Assembly (NCBI GenBank): GCA_016184225.1
Contig: JACPDA010000004.1
Coordinates: forward strand, 279,927-343,926
Source: Candidatus Daviesbacteria bacterium
GTDB lineage: Bacteria; Patescibacteriota; Microgenomatia; Daviesbacterales; UBA10151
Reading direction: 5' to 3'
DNA: 64,000 nucleotides
In this document: positions 17,490-26,812 of the stretch, piece after piece
Layout: each line of letters opens with the position of its first letter
Numbering within the stretch: the first letter of the stretch is position 1
Translations under genes and position numbers: made by a program
Notes under the pieces: model-generated
Told to the model about the DNA's origin: nothing
The model's database searches: none
Seen by the model: only the letters and a program-made list of their open reading frames with translations

Positions 17490-18719
17490 TTATTTCTCAA
17501 TATTGATTTTCAAGAATGAGTTTTGAATTCTTTTGCCAACCTGTAGCATACCGGGACTTTTAACAACAGTTTTAGGATCTGTGATGGTACTAAGGTTGAA
17601 TCTAACCCCGCCCTGTTCAATTAATCTTTTTGCGGCTGCTCTGCTGGGAGCAAAACCTCCTTTGGTTAGAATATCAATTAGCGGAGTGCCTGGAGAAAAG
17701 TTTGCTTCAGCAACTGTACCCAATAATCCTCCACTACTTAAAGCCAAGTAAGCTCTCTCAGCCTGTTCGGCTGCTTCAGGCGACTGAAGCTCTGATACTA
17801 TTCTTCTGGCCAAAAACATCTTAGCTTTGACGGGATTTTCATCTCCTCTTTGAAGTGCTTCCTCCAACTCTCTAATTTGATCCATCGGCACAGTTGTGCA
17901 GAGCTCTAAGGCATGAGGAACAATCTGGTCACCCCACATCATCACCTTGTGATACATTGACTCTGGGGTATCCAAGACTGCAACCATATTTCCTTCTGTT
18001 TTACCAATCTTTCTCCCGCTGGGGTCAGTTAATAACTTTCCGGCTACTACATACTTTTCCTTACCTAAATATTTCTCGACTAAATCCCTACCTACCATCA
18101 TATTAAAAATCTGGTCATTCCCGCCGACTTCTATATCTACATCTAATTTTACCGAATCCCATCCCTGCATAAGAGGGTAAAGAAATTCATGTATACGCAC
18201 TGGTTCTCCTTTTTGTATTCTTCGTTCAAACATATCTCGTTCCAGCATTCTTTGAACCGTCATTTCCGACGCGAGTTCCAATACATCTTCAAAATTCATC
18301 TCTCCTAACCATTCACTATTAAACTTTAATCTTATAGGATTAATCGGGTCATCAAAATTTAATATCTTTGATGCCTGATCTTTATATGTTGCTGCATTGT
18401 AGGCAACCTGTTCCGGAGAAAGCTTAACTCTTGCTGCTGATTTATCGGTTGGATCACCTATCATTCCTGTAAAATCCCCAATAAGCAGGGTGACATCATG
18501 ACCCATCCTTCTAAGTCTTTCTAATTTATGTAATTGAGAAACGTGTCCTATGTGAAGTTCGGGAGCAGTCGGATCTATTCCCATGTAAGCTTTTAAAATT
18601 CTGCCTGACCTTAACTGGGTTACTAGGGATTCCTGAGAAGGAAGAACTTGTTGTACACCTCTAGTTAAAAATTCCTGGATTTGAGCCTCTCTATTTATTT
18701 CCGGTGAATGAGTCGCCAT
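17490..18719 (-). CDS. tyrS: tyrosine--tRNA ligase
   Basis: Class I HIGH motif (ELHIGHV), KMSKS-equivalent KIGKT, C-terminal S4 domain. Confidence 0.85.
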   Translation of the reverse strand: MATHSPEINREAQIQEFLTRGVQQVLPSQESLVTQLRSGRILKAYMGIDPTAPELHIGHVSQLHKLERLRRMGHDVTLLIGDFTGMIGDPTDKSAARVKLSPEQVAYNAATYKDQASKILNFDDPINPIRLKFNSEWLGEMNFEDVLELASEMTVQRMLERDMFERRIQKGEPVRIHEFLYPLMQGWDSVKLDVDIEVGGNDQIFNMMVGRDLVEKYLGKEKYVVAGKLLTDPSGRKIGKTEGNMVAVLDTPESMYHKVMMWGDQIVPHALELCTTVPMDQIRELEEALQRGDENPVKAKMFLARRIVSELQSPEAAEQAERAYLALSSGGLLGTVAEANFSPGTPLIDILTKGGFAPSRAAAKRLIEQGGVRFNLSTITDPKTVVKSPGMLQVGKRIQNSFLKINIEK

Positions 18720-18747
18720 GATTTAAACTAATTTGAATATTGTCCTA

Positions 18748-18775
18748 CTATATCCAATTACTTTTTATAAATCAA
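18748..18775 (-). promoter_or_regulatory. sigma70-type promoter TTGATT-16-TATAGT for tyrS
   Basis: Minus-strand -35 TTGATT (plus 18770-18775) and -10 TATAGT (plus 18748-18753). Leader ~30 nt, too short for a T-box. Confidence 0.5.
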
Positions 18776-18953
18776 GTCTCCGTGTGTGTTGACGAAGATG
18801 TCAAGCTTTGTTAAACTCTTTAAAGATGCAAATCAACTCCAAAAATTTCAACTTTTTTTGGTTTTACTTTACTTCTCGTAAGGAAGGTTGGCTGATGTCT
18901 TAACCTCCCAACAGTGAAGTTTTTTTGTCGGAAAGAGAAAGGAGGTGTTAAAA

Positions 18954-19148
18954 ATGCCAGGTTGTGAATTAGATAGAGGAATAGTGAATGCAGTAAACAG
19001 AGTTTTTTTTGCTAAAACTCGGAGGCCGGGAGGTGATGAGCATCACGAAGCGATGCAGGAATTAGTGGAAAGGATTGCAGCAGAACCGCAAATAATGGTA
19101 GTAATTGGTAAATTAAAAGAAACACAAAGAGAAATCAATCTATTATAA
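18954..19148 (+). CDS. hypothetical small protein (64 aa) upstream of aspS
   Basis: Strong SD GGAGGTG 6 nt upstream of the ATG at 18954 (the track start 18945 is a TTG). No homology recognised. Confidence 0.4.
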   Translation: MPGCELDRGIVNAVNRVFFAKTRRPGGDEHHEAMQELVERIAAEPQIMVVIGKLKETQREINLL

Positions 19149-19204
19149 GTAAAACAAAAATTGATATTGTCAACTTGATTGCTGGCTGTTATGATCAATT
19201 CATC

Positions 19205-20563
19205 ATGGAACGCACTTTAAATTTGGATTGTAATAAAAAAATTGGAGAAACAGTTAAAATCTGTGGGTGGGTTTTGACCCGACGCGATCATGGCAAAATT
19301 CTATTCTTAGATGTTTTGGATAGATCCGGTTTAATACAAGTAGTGGTTTCATCAGGTGTCGCTTCTGTGCACCTTCCAGGTGAACAACGCAGACACCTGG
19401 AAGGCGAGATAGATTTGCATCCGCAAGATGTAGTTTGTATAACAGGTAAAGTTAACAAAAGGCCGCAGCATCTAGTTAACAAAAATATCCCCACTGGAGA
19501 AATAGAAATTTCAGCAGAGAGTATTGAAATTTTGTCCAAAGCAGCGGAACTGCCTTTTGACATGGGAGGTAAAGACTTAAATTTACAACTGCCGACCTTA
19601 CTTGACTATCGTTCACTAACACTAAGGCATCCCAAAGTTAAATCAATTTTTAAAGTTCAAGCTGCACTTTTGGAAGGATTTAGGAAAGCAGCCAAGGAGT
19701 TGGGATGCACGGAAATTGTGGTTCCAACAGTTGTGGCCGGAGCAACCGAAGGCGGAGCAGAAGTTTTTAAGATAGATTATTTTGGTCGTAGTGCTTATCT
19801 TTCTCAAAGCCCTCAACTTTATAAACAGATGCTGGTACCTGTCTTTGAGCGGGTTTTTACTATTGCCAAAGCTTACCGGGCCGAACCCTCGGTTACCACC
19901 AGACATTTAACTGAAAGTACCCAAATGGATGTTGAAATTGGTTTTGCGGAATTTGAGGAACTATTAGATTATCTGGAAGGTGTAGCAGTAAGAATGCTAA
20001 AGATTGTAGAGGATGAATGTGGGGATATTTTATCCGAGTACGGCATCGAAAAAATTGCTTTTGGCTCGATTCCCAGACTTTCTTTAAAAGAAGCACAGGA
20101 GCTGATCTTGAAAGAATTTGGGCGCGATAACAGAAAAGAAAAAGATTTAACTCCACAAGACGAGATTGATTTATGTCAGTGGTCTAAAGAAAAACACAAA
20201 AGTGATTTTGTGACAATTACGCATTTCCCCACCAGTGCTAAACCGTTTTATACCATGCCTGATCCGAAGGACCCTGAGTACAGTTTAAGTTATGATTTGC
20301 TTTTTCGGGGGGTGGAGGTAATGAGTGGCAGCCAAAGGATTAATAATTATGAGCAATTGATGACAAGTATGAAAAGCCGCAGCATGAATCCGGAGAGTTT
20401 CCAAATGTATTTACAGGCTTTTATGTTCGGCATGCCTCCGGAGGGAGGATTTTCTTTTGGTTTGGAGAGAATAACAATGCACTTATTAAACCTTGCCAAT
20501 ATCAGGGAAGCAAGCCTTTTCCCACGGGATATGGAAAGAGTGGACATTAGGTTAAATAAGTAA
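19205..20563 (+). CDS. class IIb aminoacyl-tRNA ligase: aspartate--tRNA ligase (archaeal/short type) or asparagine--tRNA ligase
   Basis: N-terminal OB anticodon-binding domain (VKICGWVLTRRDHGKILFLDVLDRSG). Class II motifs QSPQLYKQMLV…FERVFTIAKAYRAE and motif 3 GGFSFGLERI. Start set at M11. Confidence 0.8.
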   Translation: MERTLNLDCNKKIGETVKICGWVLTRRDHGKILFLDVLDRSGLIQVVVSSGVASVHLPGEQRRHLEGEIDLHPQDVVCITGKVNKRPQHLVNKNIPTGEIEISAESIEILSKAAELPFDMGGKDLNLQLPTLLDYRSLTLRHPKVKSIFKVQAALLEGFRKAAKELGCTEIVVPTVVAGATEGGAEVFKIDYFGRSAYLSQSPQLYKQMLVPVFERVFTIAKAYRAEPSVTTRHLTESTQMDVEIGFAEFEELLDYLEGVAVRMLKIVEDECGDILSEYGIEKIAFGSIPRLSLKEAQELILKEFGRDNRKEKDLTPQDEIDLCQWSKEKHKSDFVTITHFPTSAKPFYTMPDPKDPEYSLSYDLLFRGVEVMSGSQRINNYEQLMTSMKSRSMNPESFQMYLQAFMFGMPPEGGFSFGLERITMHLLNLANIREASLFPRDMERVDIRLNK

Positions 20564-20569
20564 TTTTCA

Positions 20570-21502
20570 ATGAGGTATTATCTTTATTCTGCCGGACTAA
20601 TTTTATTTGCTGTAGTTATTGCTATTATTGCTCCGTTTTTGGTTAATTTTGCAGATAATTTACTAATAAGTTCGCAGATTCCTCAGAATAATTCCAGTGT
20701 TGCCGGTATTCAGCAATACAACATTCCTCCCATTGGTGGAACTTTGCCTCTTCCTAATTTTTCTGCCCGGGCAGTTTTAATTAAAGATTTAGCAACCGGT
20801 GCAATTTTGTATCAAAAAGACAGCAATATCCCCCTCCCGATAGCTTCCACTACAAAAATTATGACAGCCTTAGTTGCCAGTGAGTTTTTTAAGCCTGAAT
20901 CTGTGCTTACAGTTGGTGATAGCGCAAAGACCCCCGGTTCAAAAGTAGGTTTAAATTACGGGGAGGATCTAAATTTTAGGTCATTACTTTATGGTATGCT
21001 TTTAAATTCCGGAAATGATGCGGCCTACACCATCGCAGAGAATTTCCCGGGAAGGGTGTTCGGTTTTGTGTCGGCAATGAATAAAAAGGCTTTAGAGCTA
21101 AACCTAAGGAATACCCATTTTGATAATCCGGCAGGTTTTGACAGTCGTAACCAATACTCCTCAGCAGAAGACCTGGCAAAAATCACGGAGGAAACCTTAA
21201 AAAATTCTCAACTGGCAATAATTTTTGCAACAGAGAAAACAAATATTGTTTCCTTAAACAAAAAATACACCCATCAGCTCATTAATTTAAACAAGCTGCT
21301 CTCTTCCGTAAACGGGGTTTTGGGTATCAAAACCGGAACTACAGAGGAGGCAAAAGAAAATTTAGTAACCCTGGTTGAAAGGGATAAACATCGAATTTTG
21401 CTGGTTGTATTGGGGAGCAATGATCGGTTTGGAGAGACTACTGAATTAATTAATTGGACTTATGCTAATTTTACCTGGCCTGATTCTGGAATTGTTCGTT
21501 GA
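20570..21502 (+). CDS. D-alanyl-D-alanine carboxypeptidase (peptidase S11, PBP5/DacA-like), copy 1
   Basis: Signal anchor. SxxK motif ASTTK, SGN motif (LNSGNDAA), KTG motif (IKTGTT). Confidence 0.8.
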   Translation: MRYYLYSAGLILFAVVIAIIAPFLVNFADNLLISSQIPQNNSSVAGIQQYNIPPIGGTLPLPNFSARAVLIKDLATGAILYQKDSNIPLPIASTTKIMTALVASEFFKPESVLTVGDSAKTPGSKVGLNYGEDLNFRSLLYGMLLNSGNDAAYTIAENFPGRVFGFVSAMNKKALELNLRNTHFDNPAGFDSRNQYSSAEDLAKITEETLKNSQLAIIFATEKTNIVSLNKKYTHQLINLNKLLSSVNGVLGIKTGTTEEAKENLVTLVERDKHRILLVVLGSNDRFGETTELINWTYANFTWPDSGIVR

Positions 21503-22481
21503 TAGCACTGACATAACTAACAAAGTTCGGGCCCTCAAAAACAAATATTGGTTGCAAATAAGGACTATAGTTTTCTGGAAGATAATAACCTAAAGAAACA
21601 GAAGTAATAGAAACTTGGGGTTTGTCCGGTTCCACTACAACCACACCTTTTCCGGTTTTCAGGTCATCAAAAGCTTGCTCAGGGGTCTTGAGTGGATAGG
21701 TGGCATAAGTGGAAGTATCAATTGGATAGTAGGTAAAATTTAAAGATAAGTAATTCTCTAAATTACTGGCACTGCCGGAAACAGTGGTGTTAACCAAAGC
21801 TTTATTAAAATCAGCAGTAAAAATTAGTCTTTTGTCCACCGGAGCCGGCCATAGTGAAACTTGGACAGCTTGCGCTTCTTTCAAAAAAATAACTTTAACT
21901 CTACCATTTCCAAGCTCTTCCTTTAAAAGTCCTAAATTAGAAAGAACTTGTTTAAAATCAGACACTAAGTTATTTTCTTGGTCTGAATTAGCATTTGCCG
22001 AGGGAGTTGCCTCTTTATTATATGAAAAATTACCGCTATCAAGATCAACTAAAAGCGTTTTATTTTGGTCTTTATATCTGTAGCGAGTATCGCTTAGAAT
22101 CTCTGGAGATGAGCTAATATTAAATTTTTCAGCTAAAGCACTGGACTTTTCCGGGGCCAGTAGTGTAGCAAAAGTTTGTGTTACAAAATATACCTTGATA
22201 ATTTTTTCAAAACCGGTATTTACCCCAACTTTAGGCAGGCCTCCGGTTACGGTATCTAAGGAATAAGAAAAATTTGATGTGGAAACACTACTTGGGGGAA
22301 AATCTGGTGGGGGGAGTATTCCGAATTTGATATCCGGTTTTTCTTCAACCGGCGGCAAGCTAGCCAGGTAATAGGCATGCCAGATGTTGTAACCGATAAG
22401 GCCGATTATACCCACCACCAAAGAGATAACGGAAAAGAGGATAACCCGACGGGTTAAAATGGCAGTTTGGGTCAGAGTCAT
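21471..22481 (-). CDS. hypothetical membrane-anchored extracellular protein
   Basis: N-terminal TM (VILFSVISLVVGIIGLIGY), Pro-rich linker. No recognised domain. Confidence 0.5.
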   Translation of the reverse strand: MTLTQTAILTRRVILFSVISLVVGIIGLIGYNIWHAYYLASLPPVEEKPDIKFGILPPPDFPPSSVSTSNFSYSLDTVTGGLPKVGVNTGFEKIIKVYFVTQTFATLLAPEKSSALAEKFNISSSPEILSDTRYRYKDQNKTLLVDLDSGNFSYNKEATPSANANSDQENNLVSDFKQVLSNLGLLKEELGNGRVKVIFLKEAQAVQVSLWPAPVDKRLIFTADFNKALVNTTVSGSASNLENYLSLNFTYYPIDTSTYATYPLKTPEQAFDDLKTGKGVVVVEPDKPQVSITSVSLGYYLPENYSPYLQPIFVFEGPNFVSYVSAINEQFQNQAR

Positions 22482-22515
22482 AGTTGTCTTAATTATACAG
22501 GAAGGAAGCGGAGAC

Positions 22516-22524
22516 TGGTATAAT
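22516..22524 (+). promoter_or_regulatory. extended -10 promoter TGgTATAAT for gltX
   Basis: Perfect TGnTATAAT, 40 nt upstream of the gltX ATG. Confidence 0.5.
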
Positions 22525-22563
22525 CGCTACGCTTCTTGTAACGCGTTGCGTTATAATAGCCAT

Positions 22564-23859
22564 ATGGTTAGAGTTAGAATTGCACCCTCACCCACAGGAT
22601 CACCACATATCGGAACAGCTTGGCAAGCCCTCTTTGATTTTGTATTTGCCAAAAAAAATAACGGCAAGTTTATTTTAAGGCTTGAAGATACAGATAGGGA
22701 AAGATATGTGCCGGAGAGTGTAGAACAGATCTATGAAACCTTGAGGTGGCTGGGTTTGGAATATAATGAAGGTCCTGATGTCGGAGGAGAGTTTGGTCCA
22801 TATATTCAGTCAGAAAGATTGGATATATATAAAAAACATGCCAATGACCTATTGGAAAAGGGATTAGCTTATAAAGATGAAGGGGCTTTGCGGTTTAAGA
22901 TAGAAAAAGCAGGTCAAACTACCTGGCATGACTTGGTAGGAGATAAGGATATTACTTTTGAAAACCAGACCCAGGAAGACTTTATAATTTTAAAATCCGA
23001 TGGCTATCCTACTTATAATTTTGCCAATGTGGTAGATGATTACCTGATGCGAATAACGCATGTTATTAGGGGGAATGAGTTTATTTCCTCTACTCCAAAA
23101 CATCTGATGATTTATCAAGCTTTTGGTTGGACCCCGCCGCAGTTTGCTCATCTGCCAGTTCTAGTGGGATCTGATCGGAGCAAGCTTTCCAAAAGGCATG
23201 GGGCAAAATCCGCTTTGGAATTCAGGAGTGAAGGATTTCTAAAAGAATCAGTATTAAACTTTTTATCGCTTTTGGGCTGGTCTCATCCGGAAGGAAAAGA
23301 GGTATTCAGCATAGAAGAGATGATTAAGCTTTTTGATTTTAAGGATGTAAATATTGCTTCCGCTTATTTTGATATCACAAAGCTTGAATGGTTAAACGGG
23401 GAATATATCAGAAAGATGACTAATGAGGATTTGACTAAGAGGTTACAGGAATTTTTAGCGAGTCATCCGGCCAAAGAGAAAATTGCCCCGGTAGTACCCT
23501 TGGTTAAAGAAAGAATAAAGAAGCTATCGGATTTTGTCCCTTTGACTGACTTTCTCTTTGAAAAGCCGGAATATGATAAAGCGCAATTTGAAAAATTAAA
23601 TATTAAAAATGTAAAAGAATCGCTGGAGAAGATTCTGGAAAAGTTAGAAGCAATGGAAAGACCATGGAAAACAGAAGTTTTTGAAAAGACTTTCAGAGAA
23701 CTGGCAGAAGAGTTAGGGCTGTCAGCCAGCCAGATGTTTCAACTTATCAGAGTGGCAGTTTCAGGACAGACTGTCACGCCCCCTCTTTTTGAAAGTATAG
23801 AAATCCTGGGTGAAGAAGAGACTCTAAAAAGAGTTGCATATCTCATAGCTTTATGGTAA
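22564..23859 (+). CDS. gltX: glutamate--tRNA ligase
   Basis: MVRVRIAPSPTGSPHIGTA (HIGH region), KLSKRHG (KMSKS region). Start at the ATG at 22564, not the upstream track start. Confidence 0.9.
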   Translation: MVRVRIAPSPTGSPHIGTAWQALFDFVFAKKNNGKFILRLEDTDRERYVPESVEQIYETLRWLGLEYNEGPDVGGEFGPYIQSERLDIYKKHANDLLEKGLAYKDEGALRFKIEKAGQTTWHDLVGDKDITFENQTQEDFIILKSDGYPTYNFANVVDDYLMRITHVIRGNEFISSTPKHLMIYQAFGWTPPQFAHLPVLVGSDRSKLSKRHGAKSALEFRSEGFLKESVLNFLSLLGWSHPEGKEVFSIEEMIKLFDFKDVNIASAYFDITKLEWLNGEYIRKMTNEDLTKRLQEFLASHPAKEKIAPVVPLVKERIKKLSDFVPLTDFLFEKPEYDKAQFEKLNIKNVKESLEKILEKLEAMERPWKTEVFEKTFRELAEELGLSASQMFQLIRVAVSGQTVTPPLFESIEILGEEETLKRVAYLIALW

Positions 23860-23869
23860 CATTGCGGCC

Positions 23870-24229
23870 ATGGATGATCCTAAGTGGCTTAGATTAGTTG
23901 TAATAGGTTTGGTTTTAGCAGCTTTAGCTACCGGTTACTTTTTATTAAGCGGCAGGTTGACTTCAAATAAAGCCGCCACACCTGGTACCCAAGTGAGTAA
24001 AAATACTGCGGGAGTTTCGCCGTCTCCGTCTGTTTTAGGACAGGCGACGCAGGGAACTCCGGCACCTGTTTCTTCCTCTGCACCGGCATCGGCATACAGC
24101 GCTATAGTTGACCGTAATCAGGGTGGTGTCCAGAATCTGCCAAATACAGGTTCTCCTGTAATTTTCATTTCTGCTTTAGCAGTTTCTAGTATGCTGGTTG
24201 GCTGGGGCCTCCGCAAATTCCCAAAGTAA
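23870..24229 (+). CDS. small LPXTG-anchored surface protein (119 aa)
   Basis: N-terminal signal/TM. C-terminal LPNTG, then a hydrophobic stretch and an RK tail: a canonical sortase sorting signal. The middle is Ser/Pro/Ala-rich. Confidence 0.6.
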   Translation: MDDPKWLRLVVIGLVLAALATGYFLLSGRLTSNKAATPGTQVSKNTAGVSPSPSVLGQATQGTPAPVSSSAPASAYSAIVDRNQGGVQNLPNTGSPVIFISALAVSSMLVGWGLRKFPK

Positions 24230-24237
24230 CTTCATTG

Positions 24238-24268
24238 TCATTGCGAGGAGCGAAGCGACGTGGCAATC
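24238..24268 (+). repeat. hairpin repeat family copy 2 (GTCATTGCGAGGAGCGAAGCGACGTGGCAATC)
   Basis: Stem ATTGC/GCAAT flanking the conserved GAGCGAAGCGA. Lies between the LPXTG gene and tRNA-Gln. Confidence 0.7.
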
Positions 24269-24316
24269 TATTTCAACTTGCCTTACCTTTCTAAAAAAAG
24301 TAAAATCTACATGCAT

Positions 24317-24390
24317 TGCCAGGTCGTCTAATGGTAGGACGATAGCCTCTGGAGCTATCTATCATGGTTCAAATCCATGCCTGGCAGCCA
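24317..24390 (+). tRNA. tRNA-Gln (anticodon CTG)
   Basis: Manual cloverleaf: acceptor TGCCAGG/CCTGGCA, D-arm GTCT-AATGGTA-GGAC, anticodon stem ATAGC/GCTAT with loop CTCTGGA (CTG), T-arm CATGG-TTCAAAT-CCATG, discriminator G, encoded CCA. Confidence 0.8.
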
Positions 24391-24433
24391 AATAGGGCAT
24401 GCTGGTGTGGTCGAGTTCTCTAATTAAGGGGCT

Positions 24434-24817
24434 CTATATATGATTTTTTGTATCTGCAAGCGCATTTTGTTTAGTTTTATGAATCGTTCCGTCTTTATGA
24501 TGAGCTGGGCTATAAATGGTATAAAGTTTAAGCTGTTTTTCTGAAGAAGTATTAATAATATTATGTTTTGTTCCAGCTGGCACCACCACTGCCGAACCAT
24601 CTGTTAAAGTATGTTCTTCTCCATCTAAAATAGCTTTCCCGTCACCCTGTTCAATCCTTAAAAATTGATCAACAATTTCATGGACTTCTTCTCCAATTTC
24701 TTCATTTGGCTGCAAACTCATTACCACAAGTTGACTATGTTGGGCTGTATATAAAACTTCCCGAAAATTTTCATTCTGCAAGGTTTTTTCTTCAATATTA
24801 GTTACGTATCCTGACAT
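24434..24817 (-). CDS. cupin domain protein
   Basis: Cupin motifs (…HEIVDQFLRIEQGDG… and …VVVPAGTKHNIINTS…). SD GGGGG upstream. Confidence 0.65.
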   Translation of the reverse strand: MSGYVTNIEEKTLQNENFREVLYTAQHSQLVVMSLQPNEEIGEEVHEIVDQFLRIEQGDGKAILDGEEHTLTDGSAVVVPAGTKHNIINTSSEKQLKLYTIYSPAHHKDGTIHKTKQNALADTKNHI

Positions 24818-24857
24818 TATTCCCCCTTTCTATACTATTAACTCTATGGAAGGGTTC

Positions 24858-25157
24858 CTATGCTGAAATGACTTTTTGTTCTATTTTATCTACTCTTTCT
24901 TCTAATTTGTCATATTCTTCTCTGGTTGGAGTGTCATCCTCAAGATATGCGAGTTGTTTGCCAATTTTGTCTAGCCTATCTGTTAATTTTTTTTCAACAC
25001 CATCTATTTTTCCATCCAAGCTATCTATTTTTCCTTCTAGCCTCTCACCTAGTATGTCTACTTTCCGATCAACTTTGCCAATTTTGCTTAGTAATTCCTG
25101 TTTAAGGGTACTCTGCCCATTGATTATAGCCTGGAGCATTTTTTGGGTATCATTCAT
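24858..25157 (-). CDS. hypothetical coiled-coil protein (99 aa)
   Basis: Repeating KIDxL/KVDxL heptads. The opposite-strand ORF is Ser-rich low complexity. -10 TATACT sits 5 nt upstream of the ATG. Confidence 0.45.
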   Translation of the reverse strand: MNDTQKMLQAIINGQSTLKQELLSKIGKVDRKVDILGERLEGKIDSLDGKIDGVEKKLTDRLDKIGKQLAYLEDDTPTREEYDKLEERVDKIEQKVISA

Positions 25158-25208
25158 CGCTTAAAGTATATATCGATCAGCTTGTTGTTTTCAATAATTA
25201 AATAAGTA

Positions 25209-26216
25209 TCAAACTATACCAAGGGGATAGCCGATTGTTAAAAGATTGTCCCCAAATTTTTTATGGGAAATATTTTTTAAGCGCAGCGCTTTTTGGATAA
25301 TGTGAATTCCGTCTCCTCCAATAGTTATTGCCTTTTTTCCACCAATTATTAAAGGGGCATGAAAAGCATAGACTTTATCAATTATTTTGGAATCCACAAA
25401 ACTTCCCAAGGTCTCTCCGCCGCCTTCCACCAGAACACTGATAATATTTTTTTCTCTGAGTATTGCTAACAAATCATGAATATTTTTTGGATTAATGATT
25501 AAGACATTTTGATCGCGTAAAACTTGAAAATTTTTAAGGATGTGTCTTTTAGAACCAAGAATTATTCTTACGGGATCTTTTTTGTTTTTTGTCCTTATCC
25601 CTAAATTGGGATTATCAGCCAGTACAGTGTTAATACCAACTAGTATTGCCTGATAGTTTGCCCGTAAGTTCCTGCCATAAATTCTAGCCTTTTCATTTGT
25701 GATCCATTTTGAATCACCTGTGGCAGTGGCCATTTTCCCATCTAAAGACGCCGCAAATTTTATGGCCACAAAGGGGCGACCTTTTTCATGGAAAGTAAAA
25801 AATGCTTCATTTAATAGACGTGCCTCTTTTTTTAGCGTACCAACTACGATTTGTATGCCGGCTTTTTCCAGCAGTTTTTTGCCTTTCCCGTTTACTTTCT
25901 GATTAGGATCTAGGGTAGAACAAACAATTTTTTTAATCCCTGATTGGATAATAGTATTTACACAAGGAGAAGTCCTGCCAAAGCAGGAGCAGGGTTCTAA
26001 GTTAACATAAAGTGTAGCCCCGCTTGGATCTTCTTTGCAGTTTCGTAAAGCTTCAATTTCGCCGTGGACAGAGCCTACTTTACGATGGAACCCTTTACCA
26101 ATGATGCGGCCTTCTTTAACTATTACCGCCCCCACTAAAGGGTTAGGGTTTGTCCAGCTTAAACCCTTTTTGGCAAGTTTAAAAGTTTCTCTGAGGAATC
26201 TAACGTCATTATCCAT
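25209..26216 (-). CDS. ribD: bifunctional riboflavin biosynthesis protein RibD (pyrimidine deaminase / reductase)
   Basis: CMP/dCMP deaminase zinc motif HGEIEAL…PCSCFGRTSPC. C-terminal RibD reductase domain. Confidence 0.85.
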   Translation of the reverse strand: MDNDVRFLRETFKLAKKGLSWTNPNPLVGAVIVKEGRIIGKGFHRKVGSVHGEIEALRNCKEDPSGATLYVNLEPCSCFGRTSPCVNTIIQSGIKKIVCSTLDPNQKVNGKGKKLLEKAGIQIVVGTLKKEARLLNEAFFTFHEKGRPFVAIKFAASLDGKMATATGDSKWITNEKARIYGRNLRANYQAILVGINTVLADNPNLGIRTKNKKDPVRIILGSKRHILKNFQVLRDQNVLIINPKNIHDLLAILREKNIISVLVEGGGETLGSFVDSKIIDKVYAFHAPLIIGGKKAITIGGDGIHIIQKALRLKNISHKKFGDNLLTIGYPLGIV

Positions 26217-26218
26217 AA

Positions 26219-26812
26219 TTAAACAAGTTTTAGTTTATGGCCCATTTTATTTTTTTTGGTTTTTAAGTAACTGATATTAATTGGGTTAGAGGTAATCTCC
26301 AAAGGGATTACCCTATTAACTTTTATGCCGAAGTTCTTTAATTGGTTGGTTTTATCCGGATTATTAGTTAAAAGGTTGATTTGTTTAATTTTTAAATCTT
26401 TTAAGATTTGGGCAGCTACTTTATAACTTCGTGAATCAGCGGCAAAACCTAGTTGCTCGTTGGCTTCCACTGTATCAAGACCTTTTTCCTGCAGCGCATA
26501 AGCTTTAATTTTATTACCCAGTCCAATTCCCCTGCCTTCTTGACTTAAATAAATTAATACGCCAACTTTAGTTTTGCTGATTTTGGTTAGGCTTTTTATT
26601 AGCTGGTCTTGGCAGTCACAGCGGTGGGAGGAGAAAGATTCTCCGGTTAAACATTGGGAGTGTATTCTGACCAGAACCGGCCCTGTCAGATTTTGACCTT
26701 TGATTAAAACCGTATGTTCTAGCCCATCTTCGGGCGATCTGTAGATGATTATTTTGAAAACGCCGTAGGTAGTTGGTAGCGTGGCAGAGGAAAATCTTTT
26801 TAAAGTGTTCAT
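26219..26812 (-). CDS. ribA: GTP cyclohydrolase II (monofunctional RibA, no DHBP-synthase domain)
   Basis: Near-colinear with E. coli RibA: CLTGE…RCDCQDQL, EGRGIGL, TVEAN. Confidence 0.85.
   Translation of the reverse strand: MNTLKRFSSATLPTTYGVFKIIIYRSPEDGLEHTVLIKGQNLTGPVLVRIHSQCLTGESFSSHRCDCQDQLIKSLTKISKTKVGVLIYLSQEGRGIGLGNKIKAYALQEKGLDTVEANEQLGFAADSRSYKVAAQILKDLKIKQINLLTNNPDKTNQLKNFGIKVNRVIPLEITSNPINISYLKTKKNKMGHKLKLV

Noticed and set aside
18720-18950. Possible T-box leader upstream of tyrS
   Set aside because: The promoter -10 lies ~30 nt from the start codon, too short for a T-box. No specifier/T-box sequence is present.
24198-24395. 65-aa ORF overlapping tRNA-Gln
   Set aside because: It overlaps a well-folded tRNA and a hairpin repeat; no RBS.
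24868-25164. Plus-strand 98-aa ORF opposite the coiled-coil gene
   Set aside because: Ser/Leu-rich low complexity generated by antisense of Lys/Asp/Glu codons. The minus-strand heptad-repeat protein is the more plausible gene.
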